Positions 37,668 to 48,440 of a stretch of 64,000 nucleotides of DNA are shown here, piece after piece. The stretch comes from Thermoanaerobaculia bacterium (lineage in GTDB: Bacteria > Acidobacteriota > Thermoanaerobaculia > UBA5066 > Gp7-AA6): contig JBBSEW010000014.1 in assembly GCA_038239305.1 (NCBI GenBank), positions 629-64,628 on the forward strand, read 5' to 3'. Numbering within the stretch: position 1 is the stretch's first letter; each line of letters opens with the position of its first letter. The position numbers were made by a program, and so were the translations under genes. A model generated the notes under the pieces. The model saw only the letters and a list, made by a program, of their open reading frames with translations. It had not been told where the DNA came from and searched no databases.

Positions 37668-39215
37668 CTACTCGATCTTCACTCCCTCTCGCCCGAGCTG
37701 TGCCCCAAATTCGGTCTTGTTGACGGCCATGCTGTAGGCCTCTTTGACCTCGACGATCTTGTTCTTCACGAGCGCGAGGAGTGAGTCGTTCAGGGTCATC
37801 ATTCCCTGAGCCTTGCCGGTCTGCATGATGGAGTAGATCTGGAAGATTTTCTTTTCGCGGATGAGGTTCGACACCGCGCTGTTGCAGATGAGCGTCTCGT
37901 AGGCGCCGACGCGGCCGCCTCCGATCCGCTTGCACAGCGTCTGCGAGATCACGCCGCGGAGGGAGCTCGCGAGCATCGTGCGGATCTGCTCCTGCCGGTC
38001 CGACGGGAACTGGTCGATGATGCGGTCGACAGTCGAGGGGGCGGTCGTCGTGTGGAGTGTGCCGAAGACGAGGTGGCCTGTCTCGGCGGTCTCGACGGCG
38101 ATCGCGATCGTTTCGAGGTCTCGCATTTCGCCGACGAGGACGATATCGGGATCCTCGCGAAGCGCGGCGCGCAGGGCGTCCTTGAAGGAGTCCGTGTGCG
38201 CGTGAACCTCGCGCTGGTTCACGAGACACTTCTTGTTCTCGTGCACGAACTCGATCGGATCCTCGATCGTGATGATGTGGTCGGAGCGTGTGCGATTGAT
38301 GTAGTCGATCATCGTCGCGAGCGTGGTCGACTTGCCGGATCCCGTCGGACCGGTAACCAGAACGAGCCCCTTGTTGAGATCGCAGAGGTCGATCGCCGCC
38401 TTGGGAAGACCGAGCTCTTCGGGTGACCGGATCTCGAACGGGATGGCGCGGAACACGGCGCCCGGTCCGTGCCGGTCGCGAAACAGGTTGGAGCGGAAGC
38501 GGGAGACGCCTTCGATGGCGTGCGCGAAGTCCGTGTCATTGCGCCGCTCGAACTCCTCGCGGTTGCGGGTGGGCGTGATCTCGTAGAGGCGCGCGAGCAG
38601 CTCGTCCTCGGTGAACGCGGGGAACTCGGTCAGCATCTCGATCGATCCGTGGAGGCGGACCGCGGGGTGCGCGCCCGAGGCGAGGTGAAGGTCCGATGCG
38701 CCCAGCTCGAGCATCTTGAGAAGGAGCCGCTCGATCGCCGAATCGACCTGGACATGGGCGAATCGGGGAGACGGTTTCGGCGCGGGCGTCGCCGCGGGCG
38801 GCGGAACCGCGGCGGGGACCGCCGGAGCCGATGCGGATACCGGAGCCGACGCCGCGCCGGGAGGCACGCCAGCCGATGGAGACGGGCTCGGACCGGACGC
38901 GGCGGGCACGTCGGCCCCGTCGGCGCTCTTCGGCTCGATGGAGACCTTCCACACATCGCGGCCGGCATCGACGCGGATGACGACGGGCACACCGTTGTGG
39001 GTGTAGACGAAAGTGGTCCCCCCATTCCTGTTCAACGTCGTCGCGGGCGGAACGATCTCCTCGACGAGCGCCACGAGCGACGCGTGGGGGGTCGTCTGCG
39101 AGGCATACCTCTTGCCGGTCGGGAAGACGAGCTGGACCTTCTCACCGCTCGAGAGGAGGGCTCCCTGCGCGCCGAACTTCGTCAGGCTTTGCAGCAACGC
39201 GTCGATCTGGGCCAA
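37668..39215 (-). CDS. pilT: PilT-family type IV pilus retraction ATPase with extra N-terminal domain
   Basis: ASDLHL, GPTGSGKSTT, TIEDPIE, ALREDPDIVLVGEMRD, TGHLVFGTLH, AVSNLIRE (AIRNLIRE-like). Confidence 0.9.
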   Translation of the reverse strand: MAQIDALLQSLTKFGAQGALLSSGEKVQLVFPTGKRYASQTTPHASLVALVEEIVPPATTLNRNGGTTFVYTHNGVPVVIRVDAGRDVWKVSIEPKSADGADVPAASGPSPSPSAGVPPGAASAPVSASAPAVPAAVPPPAATPAPKPSPRFAHVQVDSAIERLLLKMLELGASDLHLASGAHPAVRLHGSIEMLTEFPAFTEDELLARLYEITPTRNREEFERRNDTDFAHAIEGVSRFRSNLFRDRHGPGAVFRAIPFEIRSPEELGLPKAAIDLCDLNKGLVLVTGPTGSGKSTTLATMIDYINRTRSDHIITIEDPIEFVHENKKCLVNQREVHAHTDSFKDALRAALREDPDIVLVGEMRDLETIAIAVETAETGHLVFGTLHTTTAPSTVDRIIDQFPSDRQEQIRTMLASSLRGVISQTLCKRIGGGRVGAYETLICNSAVSNLIREKKIFQIYSIMQTGKAQGMMTLNDSLLALVKNKIVEVKEAYSMAVNKTEFGAQLGREGVKIE

Positions 39216-39230
39216 AGGGCTTCCCCCCGT

Positions 39231-39719
39231 TCAGTTCTGTTCGATCACCCGGGCCACGAACGGCTTATGGACGAAATAGAGATCTTCATCTTTCCAGAGG
39301 CGAAAGAATCGGCCCTGCTGGTTCATGTAGTCGGTGACGCGCGTCAGTGTCTCCTCGGCCGAGTACAGGAGCTCGCCCGCGAGAGAGGATCCCGAAGTGA
39401 GCTCGACCTGGACTCTCTGCCGGATGTCGAAGAGCTCGTCGGACTCCTCGCCGGCGGCCGCGAGGCTCGCGGGGGGGACTCGGACCCAGACGACGAGATC
39501 GCGGTTCACGATGTCCCAGCGGGACTCCTGGAAATCGCGGACGGGCAGGAACGGGGGGCCGTGCTCGAGAAGGTCGAGAAGCTGCTGCCGCCGGTACTGC
39601 CGGGTGTCCTGCTCGGCCAGGTACACCTCGATGGGCCGTGGCGGGGCGCTTCCGTGGGCGAGGTCCACGGCCACGATCTGCTTGCGGACGCGCAGAATTT
39701 CCGTGTGCCTCATGCTCAT
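39231..39719 (-). CDS. Hypothetical protein with an internal duplication, directly upstream of pilT
   Basis: Two similar halves (LLDLLEHGPPFLPV / VTDYMNQQGRFFRL); start moved to ATG 39719 after the kinase stop. Confidence 0.7.
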   Translation of the reverse strand: MSMRHTEILRVRKQIVAVDLAHGSAPPRPIEVYLAEQDTRQYRRQQLLDLLEHGPPFLPVRDFQESRWDIVNRDLVVWVRVPPASLAAAGEESDELFDIRQRVQVELTSGSSLAGELLYSAEETLTRVTDYMNQQGRFFRLWKDEDLYFVHKPFVARVIEQN

Positions 39720-39756
39720 GGCGTGTGGAAAGACTATACAGGCTCGGCCGAGCCGG

Positions 39757-42150
39757 TCAGCGCGAGAGGGCCTGTTTTCGCTCCAGGAGCAGCGCCCGGA
39801 TCGAAGAGAGCTCGGGCCGGCCGCGGAGCCGGGCGAACATGGGATCCGTGTCCATGGCGAGGGCCCCGATGTAGTTGCCTTCCGCCGAGGAGCGCAGGAG
39901 CCGGAGCGATTCCTCCTCGTATCCGCAGAACGCGAATCGGCCGGCCTCGAAGTACTTGGGCTCCGGGTCTCGCGTGAGGCGGGTCGAATCGTTGATGATG
40001 CGGCTTGCCGCCGCCGGGTCCCGGGGGCCAGGCGGCACGGCCAGGCACGGCCGGAGGATCGGAAGCCACGGGGCATCGCGGCTCGAGGTCGAGGACAGGC
40101 GCCTCAGTTCGTCATCCACCCGCCCTTCCCGCATCCGGACTTCGAGACCGACGGTCGCGGTCCATTCCGAGTGGGGCTCGAGGTCGAGGTACTGGTGCGC
40201 CCGGGGGTAGTCGGCCACGAGAATGGCCGAGATCGCGCAGCTTCGCCAGGCGGGGCTGTGGGGATCCAGAGAGACGGTGGTTTCGCACTCCCGCTCCGAG
40301 GCGGCCGCCTGCCCGGCATATCGCTGCGCGTACGAGAGCGTGAAATGCGCGTGCGCGCTGTCCGGCCGCCGCCGCGCCAGGTCGGCGGCGCGCTGCAGGC
40401 CGAGACGGATGTCTCCCTCTTCGATGGTGAGCAGGACCAGGTTGGAAGCCGCCTCCACGCCGTTCGGGTCGAGCGAGATCGACTTCTCGTAGGCGTCCCG
40501 TGAGCGGGAGATCTCCGTCTCACCGCCCCCGCCGTACTGGGCCCGGTTGTAGTGACGCTTTCCGAGAGCGGCCCAGGACGGGGCGAAACTGGCGTCCTTC
40601 TTTACGGCTTCTTCGAGGAGCGCCAGGGCTTCGGCGTTCGGGCCGGGGTCGCTCGACAACGCGACGCTCCGCAGGTAGAGCTCGTAGGCCTCCGGATTCT
40701 TGGGCCCCGCTCCGGATGCCATCGGAGCGGCCGCACCGCGGAGCAGAGGAAACAATCCTTCTCTCAGGCGGCTCGAGATCTGGCTGCGAAGGCCGATGGA
40801 ATCGGATCGGACCGCGCGAGCGCTGTCGCGCCAGAGGAGACGGTTGGATTCCGTATCAGTGACTTCGAGAGTGACCTGGATCTCGTCGCCCTGCGAGAGA
40901 AAGTGACCCGTGAGGACATCGGTGACGTGAAGCTCCCGGCCAGCCCGCTGCGGATCGGTGTCCGCGCCGGAGTAACGCCGTGTCGCCGCAAACGGACGGA
41001 TCGCGAGCGACGGCACGTAGGAAAGGGTAGTGACGATCTCGTCCGGAAGGGCCAGCTTCAGGTACTCGGAAGCGGAATCGGGAGCGAGGCTCTGGAACGG
41101 CAGGACCGCCATCGAAATCGGGGTGGTCGCCTCGCGTCCAGCCTCCGTTCCCCCGCGGTGGCGCATGAACCAGACCGCCCCGCCGATCAGGACAATGGCG
41201 CCGGCGGCTCCGAGGGTCGCGTTGAGCCAGCGTCCCTTCCGGCCTCTCGTCGGCTCCGGCGGCGGCGCGACGCTCGTCCGGCCCGACTCCGACTGGCGGC
41301 GCAGTCTCTTCAGGTCCGACTTCATCTCGGCCGCGCTCTGGTACCGCAGCTCGCGGTCCTTCTCGAGAGCCTTTTGAAGGAAGTGGTCGAGCTCGGGGGA
41401 GATTCCGACGTTCCAGCGTGACGGCGACTCGGGCTCGCGGTTCAGGATGGCGTCGAAGACGAGCGCCGACGTGGTTCCGGCGAACGGCTGCCGTCCGGTG
41501 GCCATCTCGTAGACAACCGCCCCGAACGAGAAAAGATCGGTCCGGGCGTCGAGCTGCTGGCCGCGGGCCTGCTCGGGGGACATGTAGGCAATCGTTCCGA
41601 GAGCGGTCCCCGGGCTCGTGAGGTTCTCCGCGGCTATCGCTGTCCGGGCGTTGCTCTCCTCCGGCAGCCCGTGTTTCGACGGATGGACCTTCGCCAGCCC
41701 GAAATCGAGAAGCTTGGCGTGCCCGCGCGAGGTCACGAATATGTTGGCCGGCTTGATGTCGCGATGCACGATGCCGCTCGCGTGCGCCGCGTCGAGCGCG
41801 TCGGCGATCTGCGTGCCGAGGTCGAGGAGAGTGTCGGAGGAGAGCGCGCCGGCCGCGATACGCCCCGCGAGGGTGTCTCCCTCGAGGAGCTCCATCACGA
41901 GGAACGGCCGGCCTTCGTCGTCGCCGATGTCGAAGATGGCGCAGATGTTCGGGTGCGCCAGTGAGGAAGCGGCCCGGGCCTCGCGTGTCAGCCGCTCGAG
42001 CGCCTCCGCGTCCGCCGCGAGATGATCGGGAAGGAACTTGAGAGCGACGTGACGGCCCAGACGGGTGTCTTCGGCCTCGAAGACGACCCCCATTCCGCCG
42101 CCGCCGATGCGGCCGAGAATCCTGTAGTGGGAGACCGTTTTGCCGATCAT
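39757..42150 (-). CDS. Hanks-type Ser/Thr protein kinase with TM helix, TolB-N-like domain and TPRs
   Basis: GGGGMGVV, VALKFL, HRDIKPAN, DFGLAK, YMSPEQ; SMAVLPF; PEAYELYL. Confidence 0.93.
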   Translation of the reverse strand: MIGKTVSHYRILGRIGGGGMGVVFEAEDTRLGRHVALKFLPDHLAADAEALERLTREARAASSLAHPNICAIFDIGDDEGRPFLVMELLEGDTLAGRIAAGALSSDTLLDLGTQIADALDAAHASGIVHRDIKPANIFVTSRGHAKLLDFGLAKVHPSKHGLPEESNARTAIAAENLTSPGTALGTIAYMSPEQARGQQLDARTDLFSFGAVVYEMATGRQPFAGTTSALVFDAILNREPESPSRWNVGISPELDHFLQKALEKDRELRYQSAAEMKSDLKRLRRQSESGRTSVAPPPEPTRGRKGRWLNATLGAAGAIVLIGGAVWFMRHRGGTEAGREATTPISMAVLPFQSLAPDSASEYLKLALPDEIVTTLSYVPSLAIRPFAATRRYSGADTDPQRAGRELHVTDVLTGHFLSQGDEIQVTLEVTDTESNRLLWRDSARAVRSDSIGLRSQISSRLREGLFPLLRGAAAPMASGAGPKNPEAYELYLRSVALSSDPGPNAEALALLEEAVKKDASFAPSWAALGKRHYNRAQYGGGGETEISRSRDAYEKSISLDPNGVEAASNLVLLTIEEGDIRLGLQRAADLARRRPDSAHAHFTLSYAQRYAGQAAASERECETTVSLDPHSPAWRSCAISAILVADYPRAHQYLDLEPHSEWTATVGLEVRMREGRVDDELRRLSSTSSRDAPWLPILRPCLAVPPGPRDPAAASRIINDSTRLTRDPEPKYFEAGRFAFCGYEEESLRLLRSSAEGNYIGALAMDTDPMFARLRGRPELSSIRALLLERKQALSR

Positions 42151-42187
42151 CGGATCACGATTCGCGGATTCTAGCCCTCGAATCGCT

Positions 42188-44299
42188 TCACGGCTTCGCG
42201 CGGGCCGCGGGCTTCTCGATCTCGTCGGCAATCGAGTTCGCGCCGTAGACCTTTCGCAGCGCCGTGATGATCGCGGCGGGATGGACGCAGACCGAGCGTG
42301 CGATCTCCTCGGAGTACACGACGTCGTTGCCGAGCGACTCGATGTTGCCGTCGAAGAGAAGACCGACGACCTCCCCCCGTGTGTTCACCGTCGGGCTGCC
42401 CGAGTTGCCGCCGGTCGTGTCGGCCGTGGTCACGAAATTGACGGGAACGCCGGGATCGATCTTCGCGCGAGCGGCAAGATAGCTCGCGGGGAGATCGTAG
42501 GGCGCCCGACCGGCGTGCTTCTCGGAGTGCTCGTACATTCCGCCCCACAGGGTCTGGTACGGGATGAGCTGTCCGCCCGCCACGTACCCGCGCACGGGGC
42601 CGTAAGCGAGCCGCAGCGTAAACGTGGCGTCCGGATAGACGTCTTTGCCGTTCGCCGCGAAATACGCTTTCGCGATCCGCGCGCCCGCCGTCTTCTCGAC
42701 GCTCGTGACGTTGTCCTCGCGCCACTGGCGGCTGTCGCGGACCAGCGCGTCCGTCAGCCGGGCGAGCACGATCATCGGGTCCGACGACGCTTCGATCGCC
42801 TTCGTGCCGCCCTCGACGAGAGCGCGGCGCACCGAGGGGTCGGCGAGCTTCGTCCCGTCGACGAGCTCGCTCGCGCGGTCCTCCGGGCTCTTTCCGGCGA
42901 GGATCATTTTTGCGGCGGGGTCTTCGGCCCCCACCTTCTCGACGAGATACCGGAGGCTGTCCGCGAGCGTCGTCTTCTCGAGAGTCGGATACGTCGGGGC
43001 CTTGGAGTACAACGCGAACTCGAGCGACCGTATGTTCGATTCGCGAAACTCTTCCAGCCTAGTGTCGTTCGGCTTCTCCTTCTCGGCCGCGTACTGGACG
43101 ACCCGGCGAGCGGTGACCAGCATCGGGGCTCCGCCGAGCGCGCGCGCGACGGCTGTGTCGCGTGCGAAACGCGCCGCGTAGGCCTTCTCGGCCGCGGCGA
43201 TGGCCTCCCAGGCACCCGTGGCAGCCGCGAGCGACCTGTCGGAAGCGACGCGCGCCCGAAGGGCTTTCTCGTCTGCCGCTTTCTTCGCCATGAGCTTCGA
43301 GTCCTGCAGCGCTTCGAGGCGGCCGCGATTGGCCTTGAGACTGTTCTCGACTCCGAACAGCGAGCGGGTTGCGATCCGATGATTTTCGGGGCTCGCGGCC
43401 ATGAAGGCGAGCAGAAGCCTCTGCCGCCGCAGCTGGAATTCAATCGAGCTCGGCGTCAGAACGTCGCGGCTCATTTCGAGCTCGGCGAGAGTCTCCATGC
43501 GGTCCGTGGATCCGGGATTGCCGGAGACGAGCACCAGCTCGCCCTCCTGCGCGCCCGCCGTCTTCCAGGCGAGCCATTCCTTCGGCTGCACCGGCTTGCC
43601 ATTCTCGTAGATGCGGAAAATCGCAAAGTCGATGTCCCAGCGCGGGTAGGTGAAGTTGTCCGGATCGCCGCCGAAGAACGCGATCTTTTCCTCGGGCGCG
43701 GCGACCAGGCGCACGTCGGTGTATTTCCTGTACTGATAGAGGTCGTGCTCCCCGCCCTCATACAGGGTGATGGTGTTGCAGCGCAGTCCCGTCCGCTCGC
43801 TGCATTCCTTCTCGAGCCGCGCTTCCTGCTGTTTCTGCGATTCGAGCGTCGCGGCGTCGGTCATCCCGGGTTTCACGTTCGCGTTGATCTCCCGCGTGAC
43901 GTCGCGGATCGACTCGAGCACGTTCAGCTCCAGGTCGGGGCAGGGAACTTCCTCCGCCGCGGTTTTCGCGCGGTAACCGGACTGGATGTAGTCATGCTCG
44001 GGGGAAGAGATCTTCTGGATGCAGTTGGCGCCGACGTGATGGTTGGTCAGGACGAGCCCGGTGGGGGAGACGAACGCCCCCGAGCCGCCGTTGTTGAATC
44101 GCACCGACGCGAGCCGGATATGGTCGAGCCACCGCTGATCGGGCGCCCACCCGTAGGTCTTCTTCAGGTACGCCGAAGGAATGTTGTTGAAGGGCCACAT
44201 ACCCTCGTCGGCGCGAACGGCGCCCGGCGTGAGCGCCACGACGAACATAAGGGCCAGGGCGAGTCCATGGGCAGAAACGATGCGGCGCGGCGTCGTCAT
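42188..44299 (-). CDS. Peptidase S46 (dipeptidyl-peptidase 7/11 family)
   Basis: [39 protein letters not shown]. Confidence 0.93.
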   Translation of the reverse strand: MTTPRRIVSAHGLALALMFVVALTPGAVRADEGMWPFNNIPSAYLKKTYGWAPDQRWLDHIRLASVRFNNGGSGAFVSPTGLVLTNHHVGANCIQKISSPEHDYIQSGYRAKTAAEEVPCPDLELNVLESIRDVTREINANVKPGMTDAATLESQKQQEARLEKECSERTGLRCNTITLYEGGEHDLYQYRKYTDVRLVAAPEEKIAFFGGDPDNFTYPRWDIDFAIFRIYENGKPVQPKEWLAWKTAGAQEGELVLVSGNPGSTDRMETLAELEMSRDVLTPSSIEFQLRRQRLLLAFMAASPENHRIATRSLFGVENSLKANRGRLEALQDSKLMAKKAADEKALRARVASDRSLAAATGAWEAIAAAEKAYAARFARDTAVARALGGAPMLVTARRVVQYAAEKEKPNDTRLEEFRESNIRSLEFALYSKAPTYPTLEKTTLADSLRYLVEKVGAEDPAAKMILAGKSPEDRASELVDGTKLADPSVRRALVEGGTKAIEASSDPMIVLARLTDALVRDSRQWREDNVTSVEKTAGARIAKAYFAANGKDVYPDATFTLRLAYGPVRGYVAGGQLIPYQTLWGGMYEHSEKHAGRAPYDLPASYLAARAKIDPGVPVNFVTTADTTGGNSGSPTVNTRGEVVGLLFDGNIESLGNDVVYSEEIARSVCVHPAAIITALRKVYGANSIADEIEKPAARAKP

Positions 44300-44418
44300 G
44301 CGGCCTCCGAAATCCGGCCCGGTGGCGGGGGCCGGGAAAACGAAACGAGGAAACGAAGGGTATCGCAGGGGAGTCGGGGAAAGGCGTTCGTCGGCCGCTT
44401 CGTGAAAAAATCCGCCCC

Positions 44419-45480
44419 ATGATTGACCTGCGCAGCGACACCGTGACCCGGCCGTCCCCGGAGATGCGCCTCGCGATGGCGGAAGCTCCGGTGGGCGATG
44501 ACGTTTTCGGCGAGGATCCGACCGTCAACGCTCTCCAGGCGCTCGCCGCGGAGACCTTCGGAAAAGAGGCGGCCCTCTTCTTTCCCTCCGGCACGATGTC
44601 GAACCAGGCCGCGCTTCTCGCGCACACGCGGCGCGGCGACGAGCTTTTCCTCCACGACCAGGCGCACATCCTCCTGTACGAGCAGGGGGGTGCGGCGGTG
44701 CACGGCGGTCTGCAGACGCGCTGTTTCCCGTCCGAGGACGGCTCGCTGGACGTCGACTCGATGGAGGAGTACGTCCACACGGACGCCGATCCGCACTTCG
44801 CGCCGACGCGGGTCGTGGCGCTGGAGAACACGCACAACCACTGCGGGGGACGGGTGCTGGATGCGTCGCGCGTCGCCGCCGTGCGGCAGTTCTGCGACCG
44901 CCACGGGCTCGCGATGCATCTCGACGGCGCGCGCGTCTGCAACGCCGCGATCGCCTCCGGCCGGCCGCCGGCCGAGCTCGCGGCGCCGTTCGACTCGGTC
45001 AGCGTGTGCCTTTCGAAGGGGCTCGGCGCGCCGGTTGGCTCCGTCCTGCTCGGCTCCCGCGAATTCGTCACGAGGGCCAACCGGGCGCGCAAGGTCCTCG
45101 GCGGCGGCATGCGACAGGCCGGCATCCTCGCCGCGGCCGGAATCTACGCGCTGAAGCACAATGTCGCGCGGCTGGCGGACGATCACCGCCGGTGTCTCGC
45201 GCTCGCACGGCGAGTCGCGGAAGCGCCCGGTATTTCCGTGGATGTCGGGAAAGTCGAAACGAACATGTTCTTCGCCGATACGCGCGGGTCGGGGCTCAAG
45301 GCGTCGGTCGTGGCGAAAAGGCTGGCCGATGCGGGCGTCCTGTGCCTCGATGAGGCGCCGTGGGCCGTCCGCTTCGTCACGCATCTGGACGTCGGCGACG
45401 AAGATGTGGAGCGGGCAGGAGCGATCATCGTCGAAGCGATGGAAAGAATGACCGCGGAAAAGAAAGGATCCATCCGATGA
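44419..45480 (+). CDS. ltaE: Low-specificity L-threonine aldolase
   Basis: [51 protein letters not shown]. Confidence 0.93.
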   Translation: MIDLRSDTVTRPSPEMRLAMAEAPVGDDVFGEDPTVNALQALAAETFGKEAALFFPSGTMSNQAALLAHTRRGDELFLHDQAHILLYEQGGAAVHGGLQTRCFPSEDGSLDVDSMEEYVHTDADPHFAPTRVVALENTHNHCGGRVLDASRVAAVRQFCDRHGLAMHLDGARVCNAAIASGRPPAELAAPFDSVSVCLSKGLGAPVGSVLLGSREFVTRANRARKVLGGGMRQAGILAAAGIYALKHNVARLADDHRRCLALARRVAEAPGISVDVGKVETNMFFADTRGSGLKASVVAKRLADAGVLCLDEAPWAVRFVTHLDVGDEDVERAGAIIVEAMERMTAEKKGSIR

Positions 45481-45532
45481 CGAGAGCACGCGTCGGGGTC
45501 GGCTTTCCGTATTCGGAACAGGAAGGAGTTTC

Positions 45533-46093
45533 ATGACCTCTTTATCGGCGCTCTGGCTTCCCATTCTTCTCTCCGCGGTAGCCGTCTTCATCCTGAGCTC
45601 CGTGATCCACATGGCGCTTCCCTGGCACAAGGGGGATTACCCGGGCCTGCCGGACGAGGACCGCGCAATGGATGCCCTGCGGCCGCTCGCGATCCCGCCC
45701 GGCGACTACATGATGCCGAGACCGCGGAGGGGTGCCGAAATGCGCTCGCCCGAGTTCCTCGAAAAGCGCCGGAAGGGCCCCGTCATGATCATGACGGTCA
45801 TTCCGAACGGCGTGACCTCGATGGCGCGGAACCTGATCCTCTGGTTTCTCTTCAGCCTGGTGGTCGGCGCGCTCGCGGCGTACACGGCGGGGCACGCTCT
45901 GCCACCGGGCGCTCCGTGGCGGGGAGTCTTCCGGTTCGTCGGGCTCACGACATTCATCGCCTACGCCGTTGGTCTCTGGCCCATGTCGATCTGGTACTGG
46001 CGGGCCTGGCGCTCGACGCTCGCCGGGACGCTCGACGGCGTCATCTACGGCGTCCTGACCGCGGCGATCTTTTGCTGGCTCTGGCCCCGCTGA
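45533..46093 (+). CDS. Hypothetical integral membrane protein
   Basis: RBS GAAGGAG; about four TM helices; host-like codon usage. Confidence 0.75.
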   Translation: MTSLSALWLPILLSAVAVFILSSVIHMALPWHKGDYPGLPDEDRAMDALRPLAIPPGDYMMPRPRRGAEMRSPEFLEKRRKGPVMIMTVIPNGVTSMARNLILWFLFSLVVGALAAYTAGHALPPGAPWRGVFRFVGLTTFIAYAVGLWPMSIWYWRAWRSTLAGTLDGVIYGVLTAAIFCWLWPR

Positions 46094-46400
46094 TCGCCCT
46101 CACCTGCAGGCGGTTGCGGGCGGCGAACCGACAAACCAGACGCTCGGTGCCGGCAGGGTCTGGATGTCTCGATTCGAGCCTGAAGGACGGGAGTGCGCGA
46201 GAATGAACAACTGCTCGGGGTTCCGGTGGGCAGGTCCGGTCCTCGTTGTCGCGGCCTCCTGGGCGGGGATCCTCCGCCTCGACGAGAATGGGGCGTGTCC
46301 GACCGACCCTCCCGGATCTACGCCTCACCCGATCCCGGCGATTGAACACCGGAATACCGGAACACCCGATCACCCGATCCCACCTGATTGTTCTTCGGAG

Positions 46401-46477
46401 TGGCCTGCCCGGCAGGAATCGAACCTGCGACCCCCGGCTTAGAAGGCCGGTGCTCTATCCGACTGAGCTACGGGCAG
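46401..46477 (-). tRNA. tRNA-Arg (anticodon TCT)
   Basis: CTGCCCG...CCGGC-CT-TCT-AA-GCCGG...TTCGATT...CGGGCAG-G-CCA. Confidence 0.95.
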
Positions 46478-46568
46478 TCGGCGGGATTATCCGCGAACTT
46501 CCTTCTTCGGGGGTTCCTTCCCCGCGCGGGCACGGCGGTCGCAAGGAAAATCCGGAAGGAGGACCGGG

Positions 46569-46718
46569 ATGATCCGAAAACTGGCCTCGGGCGGTTACCG
46601 CCTTTATTCTCGGAAAAAGGACGCCAAGAGCGGCAAGCGGAAGAACCTGGGGACGTTCCAGACCCGGGCGGCGGCTGAGAAGCACAAAAAAGAAGTCCAG
46701 TACTTCAAGAGACACTAG
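46569..46718 (+). CDS. Small basic protein (49 aa), below the ORF-track cutoff
   Basis: RBS AGGAGG; MIRKLASGGYRLYSRKKDAKSGKRKNLGTFQTRAAAEKHKKEVQYFKRH. Confidence 0.8.
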   Translation: MIRKLASGGYRLYSRKKDAKSGKRKNLGTFQTRAAAEKHKKEVQYFKRH

Positions 46719-46764
46719 GCGTACAGATTCTCCCGGTGCCCGCTCGTACAATCTCGACGCAGGA

Positions 46765-47097
46765 ATGCTGAAAATCAAAGCCATCCACGACGAGACTCCC
46801 GATGCCCGGCTCTTCGCCATTACCTCGGACGGAATCCCGTCTCCGGAAGCGGAGATGGAGCGTGTGGCGCGGTTGGCGTCGCACCTGCTGAAGGAGAACG
46901 AGCTCGACGGAATGTTCCGGTGCGTGGGTGCTGGAGTCCTCGCCCTGGACGTGGCAGCGTCGAAGCGCACGTTTTTCCACGACGGAATCGTGTTCGCCGC
47001 GCTCGACGCCGTGAACGACCCGGTCAGGAATCCGACGCTCACGATGCTCGCGGCGGACCGGCTTCCGAAAGACGGCGCCGGCGGGCCCGGAGTCTGA
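46765..47097 (+). CDS. Hypothetical protein
   Basis: Protein-like composition; fills the space between flanking genes; TACAAT upstream. Confidence 0.55.
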   Translation: MLKIKAIHDETPDARLFAITSDGIPSPEAEMERVARLASHLLKENELDGMFRCVGAGVLALDVAASKRTFFHDGIVFAALDAVNDPVRNPTLTMLAADRLPKDGAGGPGV

Positions 47098-47100
47098 TCG

Positions 47101-47670
47101 CTATGCCGGCGGCTCCGATCGAAGCGCTTCGCCGGAGACAGTCCGGATCTCTCCGAGATCGGGCATCTTGCCGGTGACGAGGCCCTTCACGACCTCGAAG
47201 AGGACGACCGGGCGCGGCTTGTCGATCGTCAGGTAGCGAGCCGATGTGGCGCGGACGCCGATCAGCACGATTCGAGGATCCTCCGACGTGCCCGCGCGGC
47301 TGTCCTCCGGATGTTCCTGCGCGAACCACATCTTCCAGTCGGGGCGGTACAGCTCGCGGATCTTCGCGCGATCCTGCGAGATCTCGGCCGTTCCCGCGAC
47401 CGAGACCCACTCCCGGGTTTTCTCCTTGTAGTACGTCAGGTTGACGTGCGGGTCCGTCCGCAGCTCGTCGATCTTGTCGCTGTCGCTCGACGTGACGAAC
47501 CAGAAGTCGGCCCCCGCGGCCGCGACCTGGTTGGCCATCGGGCGCGAGACCATGTTGCCGTCGGGTCGGCGCGTGACGAGCATCGCGATTTCCACGTCGT
47601 CGATCAGCTGCCGAAGCTTTGCAATAGGGTCGGTTTTCGGTTCGGAGTCGGAAGAATTCTGGTCGGTCAA
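47101..47670 (-). CDS. Pyridoxamine 5'-phosphate oxidase-like FMN-binding protein (general stress protein 26 type)
   Basis: IAMLVT...SRPMA...WFVT...DPHVNLTY...WVSVAGTA; TTG start after GGAGGT. Confidence 0.85.
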   Translation of the reverse strand: MTDQNSSDSEPKTDPIAKLRQLIDDVEIAMLVTRRPDGNMVSRPMANQVAAAGADFWFVTSSDSDKIDELRTDPHVNLTYYKEKTREWVSVAGTAEISQDRAKIRELYRPDWKMWFAQEHPEDSRAGTSEDPRIVLIGVRATSARYLTIDKPRPVVLFEVVKGLVTGKMPDLGEIRTVSGEALRSEPPA

Positions 47671-47740
47671 GCGCGGCACCTCCGGCCCCGTCTCAGCAAG
47701 GGCCGGACCAAACGAAGCCGGGAGCCCGGCCGCGGGACGT

Positions 47741-48373
47741 CTAGCGCAGCCGCACGAGAAGCATTCCATCCCGGACGGTCACGAGGACCCGCTCCACGCG
47801 GGGGTCCCGGGCGACATGGTCATTGAATGCGACGATCGCACGGTCGCTCGGCTCTTTCGGATCGAGGACCTTCCCGCTCCACAGCACGTTGTCGGCGACG
47901 AGAAGTGCCCCCGGCGGCATCAGGGGGATGACCGCCTCGTAATAGTTCGAGTAGTTCTCCTTGTCCGCGTCCAGGAACACGAACCCGAACGGTCCCTGGA
48001 GCGTTTTCATGGTGTCGAGTGCCGGTCCCATCCGGATCCGGATCTTTCCGCCGTGCGGGCTCCGGGCAAAGTACCTCCGCGCGATCTCTTCGGCCTGCGG
48101 ATCCACGTCGCACGTGATGAGCTCGCCATCGTCCGGCAGTCCGGCCGCGATCATCATGCCGGAGTAGCCCGTGAACATCCCGATCTCGAGCGCGCGTCGT
48201 GCGCCCGAAAGGCGGGCGAGCATCTTGAGAAACGAGCCTTCGAGGCGGCCCACCTGCATCCCCGGTGACCGCATCGTCCGATAGGTCTCTTCGCGCAGCT
48301 CCTCGAAGAGGAGATCGACGGAATCCGTGTGCTCTTCGGCGTAGCGCTCGATGTCTTTCGGTATCAGGTCCAT
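47741..48373 (-). CDS. Class I SAM-dependent O-methyltransferase (caffeoyl-CoA OMT-like)
   Basis: LEIGMFTGYS, FLDADKENY, ADNVLWSG, VRDG. Confidence 0.9.
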   Translation of the reverse strand: MDLIPKDIERYAEEHTDSVDLLFEELREETYRTMRSPGMQVGRLEGSFLKMLARLSGARRALEIGMFTGYSGMMIAAGLPDDGELITCDVDPQAEEIARRYFARSPHGGKIRIRMGPALDTMKTLQGPFGFVFLDADKENYSNYYEAVIPLMPPGALLVADNVLWSGKVLDPKEPSDRAIVAFNDHVARDPRVERVLVTVRDGMLLVRLR

Positions 48374-48440
48374 GGGGCGATTATCTCGAAAGAGCGTGCG
48401 GCCCGGGTTTGGCCCGCCTCTTTTTCTCGCGCCGCCGGGT

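Noticed and set aside
46094-46400. Second integrated element at the tRNA-Arg(TCT) 3' end
   Set aside because: No integrase or duplicated tRNA end; only short repeats before the host gene
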